Shown here: piece after piece, positions 13,421 through 21,138 of the stretch
How positions within the stretch are numbered: the first letter of the stretch is position 1
Layout of the letters: every line of letters starts with the position of its first letter
Source: Paraglomus brasilianum
Lineage: Eukaryota
DNA: 32,030 nucleotides
NCBI GenBank assembly: GCA_910592345.1
Contig: CAJVPI010000387.1
Span: forward strand, 1 to 32,030
Direction: 5' to 3'
Translations under genes and position numbers: made by a program
Notes under the pieces: model-generated
Databases searched by the model: none
What the model was told of the DNA's origin: nothing
Seen by the model: only the letters and a program-made list of their open reading frames with translations

Positions 13421-13987
13421 ATGAAGGGACAATCTCTTAAACTTTCTTCGATTGTTCTTTTTTACCTATCGGTATTGTTGGCATCTAATATCATTGTTGA
13501 TGCTGTGAAATGTTCAACCACAACAATGACGACGACGACGACAACGACGATCTCAACCTCTTGCACCGCTTTTCCCACTCCCGTTCTCACTTGTGATTGT
13601 GAAAGTGAAATTCTCATAAAAAAAAGTTGCGGTGCTGGTAACGGTTTTGGAGATGGCGATTGTGTGGAAACTAAGACGTGTACGCTTACAAAAACTGAAT
13701 GCAAGCTACCATGTTGTTCGGCTCCCTATGCTCCAGGATGGGACAATTTTGTTGTACAAACATTACATAATTTTATTCCTGGGATCAACTCCGCCGAAGA
13801 CTGTTGTAAGGCGTGTATGGCTACGGATTGTCTTGGATGGCAGTTCAATATTGACCCTGATGGTCGTGGTTTCTGTTTACAGGCCAATAATCTTGGAGCT
13901 TCCAATGCTTGTCTTACACCGCCAGTTCGTACTAATTGGGCTAGTGGAATAAAGAGCTGTCCCAATGGTCATCCTTGTGCGGCATAG
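13421..13987 (+). CDS. Small secreted cysteine-rich protein (188 aa, 18 Cys, Thr-rich linker, possible PAN/apple-like C-terminal module)
   Basis: Longest ORF in the window and intronless. Hydrophobic N-terminal signal-like segment (SSIVLFYLSVLLASNIIVDA), poly-Thr tract, and a SAEDCCKACMATDCLGWQF motif resembling fungal PAN/apple-type modules. Confidence 0.8.
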   Translation: MKGQSLKLSSIVLFYLSVLLASNIIVDAVKCSTTTMTTTTTTTISTSCTAFPTPVLTCDCESEILIKKSCGAGNGFGDGDCVETKTCTLTKTECKLPCCSAPYAPGWDNFVVQTLHNFIPGINSAEDCCKACMATDCLGWQFNIDPDGRGFCLQANNLGASNACLTPPVRTNWASGIKSCPNGHPCAA

Positions 13988-14249
13988 CATGTTTTAATTA
14001 ATTTTTCGTTTTGTTATTTTTTTTTTAGTAATTTGGGGTTGATAAACAACGGTTTTTTTAAGGAACGAGACATTTATTAATTAATTATATTATCTGATTT
14101 TAATATTAGTTTAAGTATAAAAATAAGTTTCTGCTACTTAGGATCTTTCTAACTAAGAGATGACTTTTAATCCTCCCCTAATATGCTCTTAGTGTTCTCT
14201 TCACTTTTCGCTAGGTATTAGTTCAGCGAGTAATTTTTCTTGCAAAACG

Positions 14250-14490
14250 AACTCTTTGAGTTAGTTTTTTTTTGTTTCGCTGTAAACGAAATATGGTTTG
14301 TTTTTTGTTTGTTAGTAAACAAATTTGTTTTGTTTTGTTTTTTTCGTATTTAGTAAAACAAACGCTGTTTGGTAATTCTTTTTTTGGTTTTTTAGTAAAA
14401 CGAAATTTGTTTTTTGTTTGTTTGTTTTTTTTTCTTTTTCGTTTGTTTTATTAAATAACTAGAGATGAAAGTGAAAAAAAAAACAAAAAA
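14250..14490. repeat. T-rich low-complexity repeat with recurring (TA)GTAAA(A)C(A/G)AA units (mirror at 17541..17781)
   Basis: Runs of TTTGTTTTT interspersed with about 4 GTAAA(A)C(G/A)AA motifs. Confidence 0.7.
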
Positions 14491-14670
14491 CGATTAAATG
14501 AGAAGGGTGAGGATTTGGATTTATCGTTATTCATAACATTACAGTGTTTATTATGTTGCGGGGTAGAGATATTCATGAATTACATACTAGCTACGTTGCA
14601 ATACATCGTCGATGTATGCGTTGTGCTCGCGTCGCTACACAATCCTCTCAGCCTAATTAACTAAGATCAG

Positions 14671-14880
14671 GTGTAGTATTTCTTGACAGAAATACTAATG
14701 TTAATACTAGTACTAATACTCGATGTTAATCATATAGAGATTGTGTAGTATTTCTTAACAGAAATACTAATGTTAATACTAGTGCTAATACTCGATGTTA
14801 ATCATATAGAGATTGTGTAGTATTTCTTAACAGAAATACTAATATTAATACTAATACTCGATGTTAATCATATAGAGATT
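14671..14880. repeat. Tandem repeat, 3 units (72, 72, 66 bp), each containing a 10-bp-stem hairpin
   Basis: Units start GTGTAGTATTTCTT at 14671, 14743 and 14815 and end CATATAGAGATT. Each has TAGTATTTCT-TRAC-AGAAATACTA. Confidence 0.92.
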
Positions 14881-15249
14881 GGATTGATCATTAACTCTTA
14901 TTGCATATTGAATAATGTATCATCACCTGATACGTTCCCATGGGATATTAACAACTGACGTCCTGTAGGAAACTATATTTATCGTTTTATGTCTCTTGTA
15001 TATTCTATCATATTCTATGATGAAACAATACAACACAATACAAAAAATCTTCGATTTTGCGATTTTTCGGATTTTCGAGTTTTGTGACACCTAATTATTA
15101 ATATTACGTATTCCTGTGGGAACTTGGTAAGGTATTGTCCCATAGGAAACTATATTAAGACTCTTGTGTAATTTTATTATCTTTTACGTAGCAAATTCAA
15201 TTACAACGCTGATTTGACGATTATAATCGATGTACAGTATTAGTATAAG

Positions 15250-15377
15250 GTGTACAGAACGAAGATCGGTCTATAATGTAGCAAAGAAAACGTCTATAAT
15301 ATCGATATATTTCAAAGTCAATGTATAAGAAACTCCATCTAAAGTGTACAGAACGAAGATCGGTCTTTAATGTAGCA
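15250..15377. repeat. 34-bp direct repeat, 2 copies 94 bp apart (mirror at 16654..16781)
   Basis: GTGTACAGAACGAAGATCGGTCT(A/T)TAATGTAGCA at 15250..15283 and 15344..15377, one mismatch. Confidence 0.9.
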
Positions 15378-15608
15378 TTATACTTAGAAAGAAAGAAGAT
15401 TAAAATATACTCAAGAATAATCAGAAAGAAATTAGATAAAACATGTTTAAAATATCCTGTGATAAGTTCGTTGATTTAGATTTCTTGTTCTTCATTTTAT
15501 CTTGGAGAATACCAACGAATTGATGTCTCGTTTATAATTAAATAATGTAACACCATATTCTTAAAGAGAATAATATGTATCACTAAATGAAACATACCTT
15601 TATTAAAA

Positions 15609-15654
15609 ATCCTCCCGGTCGAGGAAACATCGTTTCCAGTATTACCGGGAGGAT
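15609..15654 (+). promoter_or_regulatory. Mirror copy of the CRESS-type origin stem-loop
   Basis: Stem 15609..15619 pairs with 15644..15654; CAGTATTAC at 15637..15645; inner hairpin GGAAAC-ATC-GTTTCC at 15623..15637. Confidence 0.85.
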
Positions 15655-15781
15655 CTGTTCCACAAGATGTGGCTCAGAATACTTTTTTCTATAGAGGGGT
15701 GAGGCATTTTTAGTGAGGCAGTTTCATTTTTGAGTTTTTTAATGAAATTTTTGTTCCATTTTACTCTCAAACTTTCAATAT

Positions 15782-16078
15782 TTATGTAATACAAGCATTT
15801 TTTAAACCAATTTTTTCGGTTTTTTCCGAAAAATGAGAGTGAGGCATTCTCTGCCGGGGTACGTATTTGCCGACTCGTAATTGATTATTGAAAAACACGA
15901 CACCTTGAGCATGTTTTCTACCTGTTTCTGGTGCGCGTTCTAATTGAAATTTAACATATTTAAATGGATTTTTAGATGATTGAAAATGTTTTGATATCAA
16001 TTCTTGTAATCTTTCTGGATTTTCATTCTCAGTAAAATTAAAACGTCGAAATTTAGTTTGAGATGTAATTGGGGACAT
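15782..16078 (-). pseudogene. rep: Truncated CRESS-DNA-virus-like replication-associated protein (Rep, HUH endonuclease N-terminus)
   Basis: MSPITSQTKFRRFNFTENENP...YVKFQLERAPETGRKHAQGVVFF. FNFTEN fits RCR motif I (FTxNN-like) and QLE.APETG.KHAQG fits the motif II context (xHxQG) of circovirus/nanovirus-type Reps. Residues 1-75 are in the spacer; residues 77-98 are read-through into the inverted arm. Motif III (YxxK) and the SF3 helicase domain are absent. Confidence 0.85.
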
Positions 16079-16177
16079 TTGGATTTTTTATAGAACGATA
16101 CAAGTCAGAGGCGTTTTTATAATAAAATAAATTGCTTCAGTTCCCATGAAATTGCCTCAGAGTACCCGTGTTTGCCT
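15854..16177. other. Unique 324-bp spacer at the centre of the palindrome
   Basis: The only non-mirrored sequence in the window. It contains Rep codons 1-75 and about 100 bp of Rep upstream sequence. Confidence 0.95.
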
Positions 16178-16332
16178 CAGAGAATGCCTCACTCTCATTT
16201 TTCGGAAAAAACCGAAAAAATTGGTTTAAAAAATGCTTGTATTACATAAATATTGAAAGTTTGAGAGTAAAATGGAACAAAAATTTCATTAAAAAACTCA
16301 AAAATGAAACTGCCTCACTAAAAATGCCTCAC
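16131..16332. repeat. Iteron-like TGCCTCA repeats between the origin and the rep start
   Basis: ATTGCTTCAG 16131-16140, ATTGCCTCAG 16151-16160 and TTTGCCTCAG 16171-16180 (exact 20-bp period), plus TGCCTCAC at 16185, 16311 and 16325. Function as Rep-binding sites is inferred. Confidence 0.6.
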
Positions 16333-16376
16333 CCCTCTATAGAAAAAAGTATTCTGAGCCACATCTTGTGGAACAG

Positions 16377-16422
16377 ATCCTCCCGGTAATACTGGAAACG
16401 ATGTTTCCTCGACCGGGAGGAT
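16377..16422 (-). promoter_or_regulatory. CRESS-type rolling-circle origin: stem-loop with nonanucleotide CAGTATTAC (copy upstream of rep)
   Basis: On the minus strand: ATCCTCCCGGT-cgaGGAAACatcGTTTCCagtatt-ACCGGGAGGAT, a perfect 11-bp GC-rich stem. CAGTATTAC (NANTATTAC consensus) lies at 16386..16394, on the same strand as rep and about 310 nt upstream of its ATG. Confidence 0.85.
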
Positions 16423-17150
16423 TTTTAATAAAGGTATGTTTCATTTAGTGATACATATTATTCTCTTTAAGAATATGGTGTTACATTATTTAATTATAAA
16501 CGAGACATCAATTCGTTGGTATTCTCCAAGATAAAATGAAGAACAAGAAATCTAAATCAACGAACTTATCACAGGATATTTTAAACATGTTTTATCTAAT
16601 TTCTTTCTGATTATTCTTGAGTATATTTTAATCTTCTTTCTTTCTAAGTATAATGCTACATTAAAGACCGATCTTCGTTCTGTACACTTTAGATGGAGTT
16701 TCTTATACATTGACTTTGAAATATATCGATATTATAGACGTTTTCTTTGCTACATTATAGACCGATCTTCGTTCTGTACACCTTATACTAATACTGTACA
16801 TCGATTATAATCGTCAAATCAGCGTTGTAATTGAATTTGCTACGTAAAAGATAATAAAATTACACAAGAGTCTTAATATAGTTTCCTATGGGACAATACC
16901 TTACCAAGTTCCCACAGGAATACGTAATATTAATAATTAGGTGTCACAAAACTCGAAAATCCGAAAAATCGCAAAATCGAAGATTTTTTGTATTGTGTTG
17001 TATTGTTTCATCATAGAATATGATAGAATATACAAGAGACATAAAACGATAAATATAGTTTCCTACAGGACGTCAGTTGTTAATATCCCATGGGAACGTA
17101 TCAGGTGATGATACATTATTCAATATGCAATAAGAGTTAATGATCAATCC

Positions 17151-17360
17151 AATCTCTATATGATTAACATCGAGTATTAGTATTAATATTAGTATTTCTG
17201 TTAAGAAATACTACACAATCTCTATATGATTAACATCGAGTATTAGCACTAGTATTAACATTAGTATTTCTGTTAAGAAATACTACACAATCTCTATATG
17301 ATTAACATCGAGTATTAGTACTAGTATTAACATTAGTATTTCTGTCAAGAAATACTACAC
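17151..17360. repeat. 72-bp tandem repeat, mirror copy
   Basis: Mirror of 14671..14880. Confidence 0.92.
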
Positions 17361-18043
17361 CTGATCTTAGTTAATTAGGCTGAGAGGATTGTGTAGCGAC
17401 GCGAGCACAACGCATACATCGACGATGTATTGCAACGTAGCTAGTATGTAATTCATGAATATCTCTACCCCGCAACATAATAAACACTGTAATGTTATGA
17501 ATAACGATAAATCCAAATCCTCACCCTTCTCATTTAATCGTTTTTTGTTTTTTTTTTCACTTTCATCTCTAGTTATTTAATAAAACAAACGAAAAAGAAA
17601 AAAAAACAAACAAACAAAAAACAAATTTCGTTTTACTAAAAAACCAAAAAAAGAATTACCAAACAGCGTTTGTTTTACTAAATACGAAAAAAACAAAACA
17701 AAACAAATTTGTTTACTAACAAACAAAAAACAAACCATATTTCGTTTACAGCGAAACAAAAAAAAACTAACTCAAAGAGTTCGTTTTGCAAGAAAAATTA
17801 CTCGCTGAACTAATACCTAGCGAAAAGTGAAGAGAACACTAAGAGCATATTAGGGGAGGATTAAAAGTCATCTCTTAGTTAGAAAGATCCTAAGTAGCAG
17901 AAACTTATTTTTATACTTAAACTAATATTAAAATCAGATAATATAATTAATTAATAAATGTCTCGTTCCTTAAAAAAACCGTTGTTTATCAACCCCAAAT
18001 TACTAAAAAAAAAATAACAAAACGAAAAATTAATTAAAACATG

Positions 18044-18610
18044 CTATGCCGCACAAGGATGACCATTGGGACAGCTCTTTATTCCACTAGCCCAATTAGT
18101 ACGAACTGGCGGTGTAAGACAAGCATTGGAAGCTCCAAGATTATTGGCCTGTAAACAGAAACCACGACCATCAGGGTCAATATTGAACTGCCATCCAAGA
18201 CAATCCGTAGCCATACACGCCTTACAACAGTCTTCGGCGGAGTTGATCCCAGGAATAAAATTATGTAATGTTTGTACAACAAAATTGTCCCATCCTGGAG
18301 CATAGGGAGCCGAACAACATGGTAGCTTGCATTCAGTTTTTGTAAGCGTACACGTCTTAGTTTCCACACAATCGCCATCTCCAAAACCGTTACCAGCACC
18401 GCAACTTTTTTTTATGAGAATTTCACTTTCACAATCACAAGTGAGAACGGGAGTGGGAAAAGCGGTGCAAGAGGTTGAGATCGTCGTTGTCGTCGTCGTC
18501 GTCATTGTTGTGGTTGAACATTTCACAGCATCAACAATGATATTAGATGCCAACAATACCGATAGGTAAAAAAGAACAATCGAAGAAAGTTTAAGAGATT
18601 GTCCCTTCAT
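18044..18610 (-). CDS. Small secreted cysteine-rich protein, mirror copy
   Basis: Identical 188-aa translation to 13421..13987. Confidence 0.8.
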   Translation of the reverse strand: MKGQSLKLSSIVLFYLSVLLASNIIVDAVKCSTTTMTTTTTTTISTSCTAFPTPVLTCDCESEILIKKSCGAGNGFGDGDCVETKTCTLTKTECKLPCCSAPYAPGWDNFVVQTLHNFIPGINSAEDCCKACMATDCLGWQFNIDPDGRGFCLQANNLGASNACLTPPVRTNWASGIKSCPNGHPCAA

Positions 18611-19920
18611 TACGAGTCAGGTTGTAACCGGATTAAAAAAATACGATTGTATTTTTTGTCGAAACGTAAACGATAGCATATTTATGAGATTTTCCTCGTA
18701 TTTTTAATACATGAATATTTCCGACAGGAGATAAAGTTACACTGCATGTATATTTGTCCTTTGTTGTAGGGTAATCAGATATTGAAAATTGATGAACTAC
18801 ATTACTGTTTGACTGATGCAAAGGGGTATGCATATTTAGCGTCGTACATAGCAGAGCTCTTTGGAAAAAATAGAAGATTTATTGTAGGTAGTGTAGAATC
18901 GAGTTACTGTTTGAGGGTTGGTACAAAGAGATGTGTATAAAACTTACATATTAGTACTTACAGCTTTGAAAAAACGAGTAGGAATGATAAAGAAATTAGG
19001 TGATAGTAGTTATTTAGAAGGTTCGTAAAATATGAACAATTTAGTAAACGAATATAATCGAACATATAGGGACGCAATTGAGGAAAAGAAAGAACGGAAA
19101 AAACATTATACGGTAAAAGTCACATAGGAAACGTGCTCTTGTACAAATTTCATATGAAGATACGATAAACTAAATATATATTACCAGACATAATTAACAT
19201 TTGTTCTTTGTGGTTTTTGGAATGGGAGTGGAGAGCGAGACGAGACGGAGAAGACATAATGAGAAGAAAAGTTAACAATGAAAGTATAAACTTGATCAAA
19301 TTTATATCAATCGATAAATCTAAACAACGCGTATTGATCAACGAATTTATATGAATCGGTATTGATCGACGCGTTTCTATATGAATAATCAATACTATAA
19401 AAATTTCTATATATCAATATGATTAACCAACTGATTCATAAATATAGACAATTTGGTGGACGAGTTCAATAGAACGGTATCGAGATGCAAAGAAGGTAAA
19501 ACTCAAGCAGATGGTCGAGAAGTCAGTAAACTCGATTGGTCACAGTGGTTTATTGACCATCGAGAAAAGAAAGAAAAACGTACAATCACCTCGACCGAAT
19601 GACTTGAAACGAAATTAAATATATTTAACATAAACTTTATTGAGTCATAATCATATTATAAAACTTGAACATATTATTGAAGTATATGAAAGTTGATACA
19701 TATTTATAGCTTATTATTTATATATCATAACTAAAAAGCCCCCATGTATCATTTTTTTATTCTCTCAAGCTGTTTACTAATCCTTTAAACAACGTTACTA
19801 AAGCAATATAACACTAAAAAAAAACAATATCATTTGCCTTTATAAAAACGAAAACTAAACGTTCATCTTAAAAACAAATTACTCCATATAACATTGTTGG
19901 TAAGAGTTTACATACTTCCA

Positions 19921-20091
19921 AATATAATAGATGAAGAGTATATTCTTTTGGATATTATAGTCGGGGTGTAACCATCTTCTAACGGTTTAACGGCGAAGAT
20001 TAAACGTTCTGGTTATACAAAATGTTGTTTTTTCATAGACATGTTCTCAGCAGTCCCCTCTACTCATATTGGTAGTCTTTACCTCAAGTAC
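19921..20091 (-). pseudogene. Degenerate ubiquitin-like domain fragment, mirror copy
   Basis: Mirror of 11940..12110. Confidence 0.75.
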
Positions 20092-21138
20092 ATTAGTAAA
20101 ACCTTTCTCTACAACAGTTTGAAGTTGAGTAATACAAGGGCCGTTCCATGCATCAGACCCCAGACTTCGAAATTCAAACCCCAAATATTTGTGCAGATCA
20201 TTTTTTACAATACGTCTCATGCCGATTTGGGGGTTATCCTGAGAGGGGTCATTGCTTTGCATACAAATTTCACGTTTATAGACAATTAATTAGCAATCGT
20301 ATTTTTACCAATTCGGAATTCGATGGACAAGATTGAATTCCCACTTACAGTGTGTAAAGCAAAGAAATTGCGTAACTTTCCCCAAAAATAAACTAAATCA
20401 CGTAAACTTGGTTTCTATTAAATAGCGTAATGTCTTTTAGAAGCCACATTTTTAACAAAATATTAACAAAATGGCAAGCTCCGATTTAAAAAACCAGCGA
20501 GAAAGTGTAATACATTTTTGGAACATATGAGTCCGTTCAGCCAAAGACATTCACAAAGCAACAAAGGTTCCAATGCGGACTATCTATAATAACTTAAAAA
20601 GTTGGTATATAGTATAGACCACACATCGGTCAAAATATACTACTATTACTATAACCAGACAAATTCTACAGACCTGTTCGCTAAAGCCTTAGCTACAGAT
20701 AAATTAAAAGTGCGTTTAATGTAAACATGCTTACCAATTGAGGTAAGGCTGCAATTATGGAACAGTACTTCTTTAAATATTAATATGTTATTTTAATATC
20801 TCGTAATAATATTATATTATTGTAGATCGGGTAATGTGTTAGGCAGAACTAAAAATACTGTAGGTAAAGGCATTTGTTCGTTTGGAAAATGTCATTGCAT
20901 CTCAATGCTGAAAGAAATACGGTACGTATCATATGGAAGACATTGCTAAACTATCAAATACTACACTAATACGCGCACTTATTACAATGACGCAGGCAAA
21001 TCGCACAAAAAGATTTGCTTGTTTACTATACTTAACCAATCAAATACTGTAAGCAATTTTCTGAAGTGTCGCGCTAAAACTTTAATCGTGGGAATACCCA
21101 AGTCTCTTAATCCTTCCTCGTCCTTTGTAGCAGTTACC

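Larger units (their letters stand above)
1..15853. repeat. Left arm of a giant inverted repeat (15,853 bp)
   Basis: Every ORF wholly inside the arm has an identical mirror at 32031-x. The window start ACGCTTTCAAAATAACC is the reverse complement of the window end. Spot checks, including a 13-nt A/T homopolymer at ~2665/~29354, match. Complementarity holds through 15853/16178 and fails at 15854/16177. I did not compare every base. Confidence 0.97.

Noticed and set aside
13462..13965. Overlapping alternative-frame and antisense ORFs (80, 106, 79 aa)
   Set aside because: Shadows of the 188-aa secreted-protein gene.
14671..14880. Possible CRISPR array (palindromic repeat units)
   Set aside because: The units are near-identical along their whole length with no unique spacers, there are no cas genes, and the context is eukaryotic.
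15250..15377. 34-bp repeat pair as a mini-CRISPR
   Set aside because: Only two copies with 60 bp between them, and no cas genes or leader.
15782..15850. C-terminal residues of the 98-aa Rep ORF (RMPHSHFSEK...) as real Rep sequence
   Set aside because: They are read-through into the inverted arm, i.e. the reverse complement of Rep's own upstream region.
15854..16177. Covalently closed hairpin telomere of a linear replicon
   Set aside because: A 324-nt non-complementary spacer holding a broken gene fits a template-switch junction better than a hairpin end, and no protelomerase or terminal-protein gene is seen.
16168..16389. 73-aa plus-strand ORF as a capsid or second viral gene
   Set aside because: GTG start, overlaps the iterons and origin, low-complexity K/N/F content, and no capsid-like features.
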